A stretch of DNA of 64,000 nt from Podarcis bocagei (Eukaryota): the NCBI GenBank assembly GCA_964188305.1, contig OZ076892.1. One strand, written 5' to 3'. Each line of letters begins with the position of its first letter. Position 1 is the first letter of the stretch. Made by a program: the position numbers and the translations under genes. Below are positions 40,560 through 53,285 of this stretch, one piece after another. The notes below the pieces were generated by a model. That model saw only the letters and a program-made list of their open reading frames with translations, was not told the DNA's origin and searched no databases.

Positions 40560-41000
40560 GAGAGGGTGTGTGTGTGTTATTTATAGAGAACCTGATACAG
40601 TTTGATACATTTTTTAAAAAATACATTTGCAAAAGTGTTTATATACATAAAACACCATAAAAACAGCACAAAGGGATTAAAATGACTGGCTAATCAATTA
40701 ACTGCATGCGACTGTCTTCCGAAAAAGTATTCAAGAGATGCAGGAAAACCAAAAGTGAAGGTGGCTGCTGAACCTCTGCTGGAAGACTGTTCCACAGCAT
40801 GGGGCCACCAACACTAAATGCCCAATTTGTAGTTGAGGCCAGTTGGGTTTCTGTAACATGGGCAATGCCTAAGAGCACTCCTCCAGATTATCTCTCTCAT
40901 CAAGACAGTATGTAAAGGCTCAAGCAGTCCTTAAAGTATCCTGGGCCCAACCTGTCCAGGGCTTTGTGGATTAATTCAAGAACCCTAAACCTGACTGGGT
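40560..41000 (-). mobile_element. L2 LINE 3' fragment
   Basis: Peptide AFSVGGPMLWNSLPAEVQ in ORF 40690-40878 is an L2 ORF2 C-terminal motif. Confidence 0.7.
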
Positions 41001-43599
41001 AGATACATGGGCCTCTCCAGCACCTGACTCTTCATTTGTTTGTGACTAAAGACATACGACTGTCAATCAAGCACTTCCCACCCATCCACGTCACAGGGAA
41101 ATCCCAAGCAAGTTCTTTTTTTAATCCTGCTTGTGGCCGGCAGTGGATTCCACTCCTGCCACTCAAATCAAGCTTAGCAAACCGAAGACCGTTTGGAGAT
41201 CATGCCTTAATCTGGCTTGCCCTAAAACCAATGCAAGAGGAGATAGAGAAGGTCACCAGAATACAGCTCGAGTGCTGCCAAGCTGTAAATGTCCTCGTTT
41301 AACTGAGTTAAGCCGTTCTCAAATGTTAACCCCTTCCTTGCCTACGGATGTAATCAAGCCCATCCCTCTGATGGATTACAATGCATCAGGGCGAGTGAGG
41401 CCCCAGACATTTCTGAAGCTTGGTTTGGTCCAAGGAGCTTTATATATATCCCCCAATCTCTATTTAGATTGTTCTTAATGGCCTGGCAGTGTATTGCTGG
41501 GTTATTTCAATCCCACCCAATGTTGACGGCTTGAAGAGGATCAGAAAACAGTCTGAGGGCACCTATTTACACCCATCTCTAACAGAGATGCACCATGACG
41601 GCCAAACTTCAGTTCCTAGGAAGTCTTTGAGGAAAATCAAAACAAAGGCTATATAGGTCTAGTGTAAGAGACATCACATCTATTAAAATATAAAGGATTG
41701 TATGCTCAGATGAGTTGGAATTAATCAGCATCAAACGCCAAGAAGGAAGTGCTGTAGCATTAGAAGATGTTCAGGGTCTGATGCATGTTGGTAGAAGGGC
41801 CCAGACTCAATTCAGAGCGTCTTCAAGTAGGGGTGGGAGAGACCTCAGTCTGAAACCCTGGAGAGCTGCTGCCAGATGGACCAGCGCTCTGATTCTGTGT
41901 AAGGCGGCTTCCTGTATTTTCCTATGATTAATCTCAGTGGGTAAGTGCAGCCACAAGGAATGTATCAGTGCACATTCTTTATACCTGTTGATAGCAAAGT
42001 CTAGGTTGGACTCTCGGAAGGGAGATTCGCTTTGGTTTACACTGCCTAATCCACGTTTCCTGAAGCAATACACAAACTGAAACGTGGCTATCCTTTGAAA
42101 TTCGCACATCTCTGAATGTTGCGATGCAATCCTTGAACCAAAATATGTGTACAAAAAGGGGGGGAAAGTGTACATTAAAACACACAAACGTATAACAACG
42201 ACATATAAAAATGCATTACACTGATTATGTTCCTATATCTGTGTGGAAATGCTTCCTGCACACAGAAAAGTAGCATGCCGTAAAAATGGCAAGGCTGAAC
42301 TCTTTTCTGTAGCATACCAACTCTCTCTATGCAGGATGTTTTTGTTCACAGGATTGCCCCATTCAGCCTGAAATGGCACAATCCAGGAGAAAGCTTCACC
42401 ACTTGATTTGGCTGAATGTATTAACCTGGGCCTCACTGTTCTCCGACAAGTGTAGAGGCAGTGATTAGAGTGTTGATCACAGCCAGCCTCTAGCTTACAC
42501 ATTCCTCACTCCTCTTATGCTCTGGAATAACTGCAAGAAGATCTGGAAGTTTCTGTTTCCATTTTAGACAAGCCACAGTTTAGTGTTACATCCAAACATT
42601 AAACTGCTTTTGTCAGAGCTAGGCAGTTTCTTAAACTGTGTTGTGAAGTTGTCTTGTTTCAATAAACCATACTTAAGATTAATCACAGTTTATTGGGTCT
42701 GGATGAGACGGTAAACTAGGTTTATTCTGAAACGTAAGCTGAAGTTCCTGAATTCTTTGCTGCCATGTTGGAGGAGGGGGGCATGTGAGACAGAGGGTTA
42801 CCTAGGCTCACTCTCAAAATGCTCAACTATGGATAGCACTGTGTCCAAACAGTCCACATGAAATGGGCCAACACAGTTGCATCCTGGAGCTTTAATACTT
42901 TCTTGTTCAACTGTTGCCAGATGAAACATTTGAATGCTCTTTCGGTGGGTGTTGGGATTTTCTTTTGGAGGAAAGAACACTCCCACAGTCAATATGACAT
43001 CTGCAGTGGGAAATGGTACAGCCCAGCAATGGATGAGCCACACAGATTTTTTGCTTGTCTCCTTTTGCTCTTAAATCCTGTACCAAATCTGGACTTGTAC
43101 ATTCAAGAAGTTGCTGGGGGGGGGGGAGTGAGAGAAAGCCAAACCTGAAAATGAAGCAAGATTTCAGCGTAAACTGTTAATGCTTCCACATCCAGTAAAC
43201 GCTTTAGGTGTTATTTACTCCCTGTCCAGACTCTCACCACCTATGAGTGGAAGTGATGAAAAGCAGAGAATGTGCCAGGCTCCATTGTGAAAGGCTGGGA
43301 TGAGGGAAAGGCTGCTTTGTGGGAAGGAATAAGTATTCTGCTATAGAGGGCGACAATGTTGAAGAAATATGTGTAAAATAATCCATTAAAGGACTAAAAG
43401 AAGCTGTAAAAAGGACTCGTAAGAAAAAGTTCATAAAGTGCCCTGCTGGCTGGGGGTGAAAGGAATTTTAGTCCAAAACACCTGGGGGGCACCTAGCTGG
43501 GGAAGAAAGCTTTAAGTCTCCTGCAATCTCCACTTTGTCCACATGAACATAGTTGATTAATCCTAAACTGAAGTGAGCCGAGGAGGGAAGGAACTCCTG

Positions 43600-44100
43600 G
43601 GTTGTTGGTACCGGTTTGTCTCAAGAGACAATGAAGTGCGCCCCTGGGGGTGAAGTCAAACCACTGTGTTAGCAGCACCGAAGTGACCTCCCCAGAACGC
43701 AAGCCTGGTCAGTGTGTATGGAGATCCTGGGCTGCCCAGGTGACAAGACACACACACCCCTGGCCTCACTGAAGTGGTCCAAAAGAAAGAAGAGCTATAC
43801 ATTTGGCACCAGCTTGGCTGCAGGAGTTGCCAGAAGGAGGAGTACGAGATGCCATCCAACTATCTTAGGGACTCCACTCTGGATTGTGTAGGGTTTAGTC
43901 CATAGCCTTTGCTTCTCCTGAAGATATAACGCAAGGCAGGAAAGGTTTAGGATCAGAATTTTCCTTCTCCTAGATGGGCTACTTTCCCAGGTTGACAAGC
44001 CCCAATACTTCCCTCTACAGCACATGCAGAAACTGCCTTCTTGGCCGTTGGACCCACTATTGGTCTCATCTACTCAATCTGCCGAAGTCTGTCCTGGATG
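43600..44100 (-). mobile_element. RTE-related non-autonomous element or 5' UTR; shorter relative at 30878-30985
   Basis: Minus strand agcccatctaggagaaggaaaattctga resembles the conserved RTE 5' UTR block. One end is shared with 30878-30985. Confidence 0.45.
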
Positions 44101-45181
44101 ACATTTCCCAAATTCCCATGATGCTCCTCAAATGTTCACTTGTTATGTATTACAATGTCATGTGCTCCAGGAGTCTCTATTTACTAAGCATCACCCCAGT
44201 TTTCTGGTACCTGTCCCCAGTAAATCGCTGTCTCAGCCTTAGAGCAATTATTAGTACATGTTCTTCCATTCCCAGTTTTTTAGGCTTCAGCAACCTTTTC
44301 AGAGGTAAATTCCAGTGGTAGGTGGTACAACAGATAAGATTCTTATGTTTGTGCAGTCATATATTCTATGCACATTCCCAAACACACATCTCTTCACCCA
44401 AGCAAGCAAGCAGCTTTATCACAGATCAAGAAGATGCAAACATACTTGAGGAAGGGGTGGGGCACGGCCAGCGAGAGGTGTGGCTTAGGGAGGGGGCATG
44501 GCCTGTGCAGAGTCCCAGGGGCCAGTTAAAGAGTCCTTGAGGGCCGCATTTGGATTCCCCATCACTGAGTAGGTCATGACTGGAAAATGCGATGCTAGAC
44601 CAATCACCGACACTTGACTTACTAAAGCAGGGGACAAATAAGCTGCTCCCCTGGGGTGAGGAGCCATTATCACTGGGCGAGTAAATCAGGGATGCTTCTC
44701 TACTACTGAGCAAGAAAAATACTGTGTGGGGGGAAAATAGAAGGGGAGACAAAAAGCTGTGCCTGAGAGAATGAGACTGCCACTCAAGCTGCGTCAACCA
44801 GCAAAGTGTTGGAGGATTTGGCTTGTGGTTCACATTGCTGTCAAAAGGGAGTCGAGTGTGGAGAAAGGCAGCTGCCATGATGCTGGCAGCTTCCCCAACA
44901 AAATAGAAACAGAAAACTACTCAAAACTCTCCATTGTTTATTCAGGCTGCATCCCCACCCCCCACCCCAGAGAAGGAAATGGCAAGTGACCCAAGCAGAG
45001 GATCTTGAAATCCCTTGGAAAAACACAGAGCAGCCTTTGAGGTTATTCCAGGGGAAATGCAATCAGCAAAGCCAAGTAAATTGACGGAAGATTCCCAATG
45101 CATTTCAGGACACAACATTGCATTCCCTTCCAAATAGCTATCATAAGATTAACAAAGATATCAAAATGCACTGGTAGTTAC

Positions 45182-45470
45182 TAGGGATGGGGAAGCAATT
45201 CATTTGGGTTCTGACTTTAACTCACACCTAATCGTACAAGCTGAAACAATATACAAACCAAAGCATGGCTGCCCTTTGAAATTTGCACTTGGAATTTTGT
45301 GATGCAGTCCATCCACCAAAAGTGTGTACAGAAATGTGTTCAATAGTGGACACTGTACAGAAAATGCATCATATCAGGGGAAATGGCTTGCAAAAATTAG
45401 TATATCAGACAAAGTTGCATGCCGAAATGTGTATATTAGGAGAAATTTGCACTAAAATGCTAGCAAATTA
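45182..45470 (+). repeat. Ancient dispersed repeat (probable DNA-transposon derivative); relatives near 3150-3330, 27290-27430, 42020-42220, 62840-63260 and 63872-64000
   Basis: Shared motif cagc(t/c)atcc(c)tt(g/t)aaatt(t/c)gcac and aggga..gagaaattc ends. Confidence 0.55.
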
Positions 45471-48400
45471 ATCGCAGGTAAAGTAAGGTAAGGGGGGGTG
45501 TTTGTTTGTGTGGAGGAAAGATCAATATGGCATCTTTATTTGCTTCAGATTCCAACTTAAATTCACTTAGGTGAAAAAAATGTCAAGCAAATTCTCTCCA
45601 GCTGACTTTACTTCTGCAGATTTGTGAAGTTTCACAGTGCAATTCTGTAAGTACTCAGAAGCAAGCCCCACTGAATTCCCAGGTAACTGCATACAAGATT
45701 TCAGCCCTGGTATGCAGCCCTGTGGAAGGTAGGGGTGGTCTTGGGGCTTGTCCTGCCATATTCCTGCCAGCTGGGGGGCAGGTGGGCTGGGGAAGCAGTC
45801 TTGCCTTTCTTTCCTGTCCTTTTTTGGTTTTGTTTTTAAAAACCTATTTCCCTCCAACTGAGAACAATTGTAATTTTTTTTAAATAAAAAAATCTTTTTT
45901 ATAAAAAGATCTTTTTTAAAAAAAGCTGCTAAGCTGGCATGGCTGATTTGTGTAAAGCACTGGTACCTTTGGATCCATGTCTTCCCCAGGCCCATTCCCA
46001 GCATACCCCCCAGATTACCTCCTGGCACACCCCTTGTTTACCCCAAGGAACTGGAACAACTATCTCACACCATTCGCTATGTCTATATTTATTTGAGAGA
46101 CTTGCCCCAGGAAGAGATTGACCAACCACCTTCAAGCGATAGGCAATGGCTCTAGTTGTATGGAAGTCAGGCTTGCACAGCAGGCTGGCCAAAGACAAAC
46201 CAATGTCTTGCATTGTTTTTGCAATGTCAGTCGTTAAGAAAGTACAGGCCCCAGGACCCCTGAGAAGCCGGCTGGTGTTGTGAAAGGGAGCTGCTCTCCC
46301 CGCAAGCCCAGGGCCCCTAAAGGAGACAACTCTCTTTTAGACAAGAAGTTTACAATGCCTTATAAATAGTTCAGGACAGGGGAGGGCTGTGTAAACTAGC
46401 TGTGGAGAATCTAAATATTTAAAGCGTTAAATAAATGACGCTCTAACACATTTTCGAAATCCATTATGCATCGAACACTGTGGCCTGTGTCAGCTTGCAT
46501 AAATACTGCAAGGAAGAAGAAAAGGGTTTGGGGTTTTTTGGGGGAGGGGGAGGGGACTCAGCTGCTCCAGAAGACCCAAGGAAATGCTGATCTTCCTGCT
46601 TGTCCAATCATATCAAGCCTGGCCCGTCAGATTACTGTGGATGATCACTCGCCATTTCTGCTCTGCATACTCCACATTAAAAGAAAATTCCATATTCAGT
46701 CAAAATTCTGTGTCAAATTATGCAACGAGCAACACTGAATTCTGAGACCTGAATAAATTACCAACACGGGCACAACTCTTATTTTGAATAATGCAGCCTG
46801 CTTATTCACGGAGAAGAGCAACGAGTGATGCCAAAGACTGAGGCCTGCCCTTCGGATCACTAGAAATTTTGTTCAACAACGCCTCAGGCTTCATATGTGT
46901 CCTACTTTACAGAGGATAGTCCTCTATTTGAAGGGCTCTCTGTTTAAAGGTATTAGTAGCGTTTATTTGTTTGACTTAGTAGTTGCTTAAAACAGTAAAA
47001 ACTCTCCAAGCGACTTACACAAAACTAAGAGCCAATGCACTGCATTGCATAAAATAATAAAATAAAATAAAATACCTCTCTGGAGGGAGCAAGAGGGAAG
47101 CCACAACTGAAAAGGCCCTCTCCTTAAAGAATTATCACAAGGGAAAACTCCTAGGGAGAGCACATTTAATGTTGCCAAACAACAGTTAGAGCCTGGAGAG
47201 CAGATGGAGCAGAGTCACCTGTCAACCTTCTCCACTATGGAGTACACACACCTATGTTTCTATCTAAATTATAGTGATTATTCCTAAATTTGCACCTATA
47301 TGAATAAATTGGCACCTATAATTTTTATGCAAATATGCACCTCTGTCCTCTTTTTTATGATGTTTTAATGACCTCTCCTCCACACACACACACTTCTGGT
47401 GTCACACCAGATATACCCTATCCTACACAACCTGATGGGTTGAAATTATAATAAATATTTAATAAAATAAAAGCAAATAGTTGCAGCCAATGTTAGTCTT
47501 ACTCAGAGGAGGTGTGCTGGTATTTATGGGCAGGATGAACTTAGGTACATTGATTTTAATGGGTCTACTCTGAGTAGAACTTTTAGCGGGATACAACCTA
47601 AAAATTCTGTAGTACAAAAACGATGTTGGTAGCAAGACTGAAGGTCTTGGATTATGATATTTGCTTGTCTTTTATTTATTTATTTCAGTCATATACCACT
47701 TTATATGATTCACATTAGCATAAGGCAGGCACCAACACTGGGGGGTTACTGGGTTGTTGTTTTTATTTTGATTATATATATTATGGTTTTATATTTTGAT
47801 TTTGTTCTGTGAACCACCTGAGACCTTTGAGTATAGGGCTGTATATAAATTCAATAAATAAATAAGTAAATAAGTAAATAATACTGTATAGACACCTGCT
47901 GAAAACATTTGTTTTGGTGGGTCTATCCAGACACATGATTTGGTTACATCTTTCTTAAATTTATTGTTTTTATAAATTTTTAAAGCTTTTAAAATATTTT
48001 AAATATGCCTTTATTTTGGTTTTAATTGTACTTTTGTTTTAATCACAGAAGTGTTTGCCTCCTTTTGTGGCATATAAATAAAATAAAACAAAATAAATTA
48101 TTTCAACAGAAATCTCTAAGGGGTATTTAAATCTCGTTGAGTTGCAGGCAGATCTGTGTCAGGATATGCATGGCCATTTAGGAAATCTACAAAAGAGCAA
48201 GCAAGGAACTTGGTTCAAAATAGTGATTTAAATAAACCAATCCGTATTTGCTGGACTAAAAAAGAATGACCAAGAATGCGTAAAAAGCTGGATCGTGTGA
48301 CCAACACCATGTTCCACGGCTTTCATGAACTTCTGTTGAACTTGGCATATACTGTACACGGCTGGTGTGCTCATTTCATACAGTGAAAGTAGCAAATTTC

Positions 48401-49473
48401 AGAGACGTTTCTCTTCTTGAGTTGTTTGGTGCTGTGCTATGGCTGCCAAGATCTTGCCTGTACTGCTAGGAGTACTTTGGTCTCTCTCATCAAATGCCCA
48501 AGTTTCTGTCAACAGAGATGAGTTGGCTTGCCCTTAAGAGGAACCCAGAACATTTGGCAAATGTGTCTATGTTCCAAGAAACTGGCAGCCATTGAAGGAT
48601 CCAAGAAGAAGAATTCTGCACTGTATCTAATAACCACTGTCAGGACTTCCACAGAACCAGCTTCAGAATTAATACAGTGTGGCCAAGTGATACAGGAGCT
48701 TGTGACGGCTAGAGCTACAAAGTGTTCGACTTAGATCAGTGAAAATCAGATTCTTGAATCCCTGCTCAGCTACACTGGGTGACCCTGGGCCTAGTCACTA
48801 TTTCTTAGCCTACTTCACAATGTGTTCTAGCACCCATCTCGCAAAGAAACAAGGCTAGAAAAAGGAATTCTTTCCAAAGGTTTTGATTTTTAGGATACTG
48901 TGGTACATAAACAGCCTAAGGCAATTCAGCTAATACACATTGCTAATCCCATTCAGTGCTACACAAAAGCGCCCTAACTAGCTCAATGCCCTAGAAGGTG
49001 ATCTGATGCTAGCAACCTCCCCTCATCCTTGGTTAATAAGAGGAGGGGTTGACTTTCACTAAGGCTGAAGCTCTAGCTGTAGCCACTCATATTCCTGACT
49101 TGGCCAGCCCAAGGTTGCTATGTGGATAAAATGAGTGTTAACTGCATGAATGCAACTGACGGTGAAATTGGGGAGGCTATTTTACCAAATATTCTCCAGG
49201 GAAGGATGGAAATTCTCCAACCGTTCTGAAGAAGCTGTAAAGGGAAAACATATAGAAATTTCACCCTGGCCTTAGTTGCCACCCAGAAACTGGTATTCCC
49301 TGCCACTGGAGGGGAACATTTCACTGAGCTATCAACAAGGATGGATAGATTCATCAACTGCAGTTTCTATAATTTCCTCATTTTTCTAACTTTACATTAA
49401 TCCAATTTCTGCATCAGCGGGTGGATTTTTAAAAGTCATCTTATTTGTATGCATTTTTGTTTCCACGTCTCCC

Positions 49474-49477
<4 letters not shown>

Positions 49478-49512
<35 letters not shown>
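49478..49512. repeat. (TA)n tract, left flank of the Penelope palindrome
   Basis: Seen directly. Confidence 0.95.
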
Positions 49513-49514
<2 letters not shown>

Positions 49515-49591
49515 CTTTCGTAGATTTTCACGGGTACAGGAATGCAGGTTTTGGTGTCTTCGGGTGTCTTCCCGTGTAAGAGTTGGGGTGT

Positions 49592-49636
49592 CTAGGCGAC
49601 GTTTCGACGAGGTCTCACTCGTCATCTTCAGGCTGG
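49592..49636 (-). ncRNA. Mirror copy of the hammerhead-like motif (GNAO1 sense strand)
   Basis: Reverse complement of 50736-50780. Confidence 0.6.
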
Positions 49637-50735
49637 TGCTTTCGGCTTCTTGTTACTAGAACAGAGCAGGATCTCAGTGTTTGAGTTCCTATAAATACTG
49701 TTGAGGGGGTGTGGTGTATGGCCTCCAACGTTCTGGGCAGAGAGGGAGTTCCCAGATTAGTGTGCCTTTTCTTCTTTTGTTCCTTAATTACTTGAGGGAT
49801 ATCTTGAGTGATTTCTTGAGTGATATTCTGAGTACCACTTAGGAGGGTCATTAGGTGTGGATTAGTTGCTAAAGCTTTCGTGTCTTGACCTCTTGAGCTT
49901 GTGAAAAGTTTTTCTGAGAAGATGGCTGTACTGCACTTAGTTGTGCTCTGGCTTGGCTTCGTGTATAGGGGCGAGCTGTGGTTTTGTGCCCTGTGCCAGC
50001 CAGATCTGTGTAGGGATTGCAGGGGGGTGCAGCATCCGGAGGTGCCAATATGGTTTGGCTACTGGATGGTGTCTGTACTTTATCTGTGGAGAGGGTCTGG
50101 GTTTGGGTCTGGTGTGGTTGATTGGAGATGGCGTTCTGTGTGTCTCTGGTTCTGGTGTCGGTTTTTGTGGCATCTGCCAGACATCTGGAAATTAGCCCTC
50201 CCCACAAAAACCGACACCAGAACCAGAGACACACAGAACGCCATCTCCAATCAACCACACCAGACCCAAACCCAGACCCTCTCCACAGATAAAGTACAGA
50301 CACCATCCAGTAGCCAAACCATATTGGCACCTCCGGATGCTGCACCCCCCTGCAATCCCTACACAGATCTGGCTGGCACAGGGCACAAAACCACAGCTCG
50401 CCCCTATACACGAAGCCAAGCCAGAGCACAACTAAGTGCAGTACAGCCATCTTCTCAGAAAAACTTTTCACAAGCTCAAGAGGTCAAGACACGAAAGCTT
50501 TAGCAACTAATCCACACCTAATGACCCTCCTAAGTGGTACTCAGAATATCACTCAAGAAATCACTCAAGATATCCCTCAAGTAATTAAGGAACAAAAGAA
50601 GAAAAGGCACACTAATCTGGGAACTCCCTCTCTGCCCAGAACGTTGGAGGCCATACACCACACCCCCTCAACAGTATTTATAGGAACTCAAACACTGAGA
50701 TCCTGCTCTGTTCTAGTAACAAGAAGCCGAAAGCA

Positions 50736-50780
50736 CCAGCCTGAAGATGACGAGTGAGACCTCGTCGAAACGTCGCCTAG
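50736..50780 (+). ncRNA. Hammerhead-like motif in the PLE pLTR
   Basis: GC-CUGAAGA-U-GACGAG(UGAGAC)CUCGUC-GAAA-CG-UC-GC: 6-bp stem II and palindromic ACGU stem III, but only 2 clear bp in stem I. Confidence 0.6.
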
Positions 50781-50825
50781 ACACCCCAACTCTTACACGG
50801 GAAGACACCCGAAGACACCAAAACC

Positions 50826-50828
<3 letters not shown>

Positions 50829-50864
<36 letters not shown>
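50829..50864. repeat. (TA)n tract, right flank of the Penelope palindrome
   Basis: Seen directly. Confidence 0.95.
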
Positions 50865-50866
<2 letters not shown>

Positions 50867-51499
50867 CTCAGTTTTACCTAATTGAAAGCAAGTGTCCCTA
50901 ATGTAGCACATTTTTGTACATTTTCATCAATATACACAGTTTTGTACATGCTTTACCCTAATAGAACAAGATTTTATTTATGTTACTTTGTGACTTATTT
51001 ATTTATTATTTAAAGTGATTAACCAATATAATAATAAAAAAAAACAAATAAAGTAATACAACCATTTTGGACACATTTTTCTTTTCTGTTGGGAGTACTG
51101 CTTCACAAAATTACCCTCCTTATTTTTGTCTAATACCCCTTTAAAGCCATCTAAGCAAGTGGCCACTAGTTCTTTTATCAACCAGCTCCATAAGTTCATT
51201 ATACATCACATGCAGGTCCCACTGTATGGACCTAATCCACTCTTGAAATATAGTTCACAAGCTGAGCATTTGTACATCAATCCGAACATCTCCATTATTT
51301 CTTCTGTGAAAAATTATTTCTTTTGTGAAAAATCTTCTTTTTCTTCATAGTTCTTTCCCTCTTTATCTCCTTTTTGTCCAGTAATTAATTTTGCAGTTAT
51401 GCCTGGGGTAACTGACACTTGATCAAGAGCCTTTCCCAGAACAGGTTCACCTCAGAATGATTTTTTAAAAACCAACCCCCTGAACTAACTTCTCCCCCT

Positions 51500-52470
51500 C
51501 TTGCTCCCTACTATCTTTAGACATATGCTTCTTCAAGTCCTTTCCATCACTTTCTGTTGTTTGCTTCTTGTATCCACATAAGCACTGCTGTTTGCCTATC
51601 CATCGCATAGCTGGTCATCGCCTGGGTCTTTTAAAATTGTAGTGACTCCATATAAACATGCTTTATTCAAACAGCCTGAATCTCCTCTTGCCACATGGCC
51701 TGAATATGTCCATCTTAACATCACAGTCTATTCCACTACACCCGTGACTTTCAATCTTTGTTGTATCCAGTTATTAGTTTTGCTATCTTTTAATGATATT
51801 CCTGGCACTGTGCATTCCATGGCATGTTGTGTTATCCTTAAGCTGCTCATGTTTCTTTGTGTCATAGTCCAGCTCTCCGCCCCATAACACATCACAAGTA
51901 ATATGAATAAAAATGAATATGCACATACTGCATGAACACTTTCGCTTTCAAATCTAGGGAAATGTTTTTATTTTTCATTATATAGCTGACTTTTCCAAAG
52001 GCTGCCTACAATTGTTTTAATCGCCTCTTTATTTCCACTGTTTAATTTTCCCTTCCCAGCATGATTTTTTTTTTTTTTGCCCTAAATAGTCATTCAATTT
52101 GCTCTGCTTCTTTATTTTCTAATTCTTTAAATATCACTTTAGTCTTGGCTGGAGTCATCTTCATCCCACTTTTTCCATTCTTTGTTTAGTTCTTCCGGAA
52201 TTTCTTGTTATTCTTGTCTATCTTTGGTTATTATGACTATATCTTCTGAATATCATAGATTACTTAGATATATTCTATTGATGTTGAATCCTTTTTTAAA
52301 ACCATTCCAGCATTTTAAACACATCTTCCAAGGCGGGAGTAAATAGCTTAGGTGATGAGCTATCTCCTTGTATTATGACTCTTTTCAAGGGTATTGGACT
52401 GGTCTTTATATGAAGATGATATGTTGCTGTTGTCTTGCCTGCAATCTCTTGCAGTAGTTGGTTATATCTC
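51500..52470 (-). mobile_element. Old RTE-clade LINE reverse-transcriptase fragment
   Basis: QGDSSSPKLFTPALEDVFKMLEW, then GFNINRIYLSNL*YSEDIV (decayed FADD region) and WTYSGHVAR. Confidence 0.75.
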
Positions 52471-52471
52471 C

Positions 52472-53285
52472 TGTCAATCCTGGGCCAAGTTCTCCAATCT
52501 GGTAAGGTCATATTGAATCCTGATTCTGTCTTCTGCGGCATTCGCTCCCTCTCCCAGTTTGGTGTCATCTGCAAATTTGACGAGCGTCCCTTCAATACCT
52601 TCTTCCAAGTCATTACAGTGGTGCCCCACAAGACGAATGCCTCGCAAGACGGAAAACTCGCTAGACGAAAGAGTTTTCCGTTTTGGAGGTGCTTCGCAAA
52701 ACAAATTTCCTATGGGCTTGCTTCGCAAGACGACAATGTCTTGCGAGTTCCTGCTGGTTTTTTCCCCTCCCCCCCTTTTCTAAGCCGTTAAGCCTCTTAT
52801 CAGCTGATCCGATCAGCAGATAAGCCGCTAAAAGCCGCTAATAGCGCTAATCCGCTAATCCTTCAATGGGCTTGCTTCGCAAGACGAAAAAACCGCTAGA
52901 CGAAGAGAATCACAGAACGGATTCTTTTCGTCTTGCGAGGCACCACTGTATAGATAATTTATTACGGTCGGAGACCAGCTTATAAAACACACTTGGGGGT
53001 ACAATCCCAGAAAGAAAACAAATAGTTAAAACAATGTACAACAATAAATTTAAATTCCAAGTCATTTATAAAGATGTTAAACAACAACGGACCAGGACAG
53101 AACCCTGTGGCACCCCTCTTGACACTTTTTTCCATAATGGCGAGGAAGCATGCTTTGGGTTTGGTCAGTCAACCAGCTACAAACCCACCACATAGTTCCC
53201 ATGTCCAGTCCACATTTTACCAGCTTCTCCACAATAGCATCATGGGGGACTTTGTAGAAAGCTTTGCTGAAATCAAGAAACACAA
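52472..53285 (-). mobile_element. CR1 RT fragment (52472-52614 and 53055-53285), split by two later insertions
   Basis: Peptides FLDFSKAFYKVPH...LVKCGLD and NDLEEGIEGTLVKFADDTKLG...DRIRIQYDL. Confidence 0.85.
52616..52948. mobile_element. Tc1/mariner (Tigger-like) MITE
   Basis: TA-cagtggtgccccacaagacgaa...ttcgtcttgcgaggcaccactg-TA. Retains many CpGs, suggesting a young copy. Confidence 0.85.

Larger units (their letters stand above)
49513..50830. mobile_element. Penelope-like (Poseidon-type) retroelement insertion forming a 629-bp-arm inverted repeat
   Basis: Arms 49542-50170 and 50202-50830 are reverse complements (mirrored ORF coordinates sum to 100372). 31-bp spacer, ~29-bp one-sided tail at 49513-49541, hammerhead motifs near the outer ends, and an LPDIWKLAL peptide like the end of a PLE endonuclease region. 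Confidence 0.85.

Noticed and set aside
43950-44100. Possible HDV-like ribozyme at the 5' end of the RTE-related element
   Set aside because: Such ribozymes are known in RTE 5' UTRs, but I could not fold a convincing nested double pseudoknot here by eye.
49869-50503. Two mirrored 200-aa ORFs, plus mirrored 78-84-aa ORFs
   Set aside because: They are products of the palindrome. At most the part from HLPDIWK onward is the tail of a PLE ORF; none is an independent gene.
50538-50581. 12-bp tandem units (atcactcaagaa-like) as a CRISPR-like array
   Set aside because: No spacers and a eukaryotic context; it is an internal minirepeat of the PLE.
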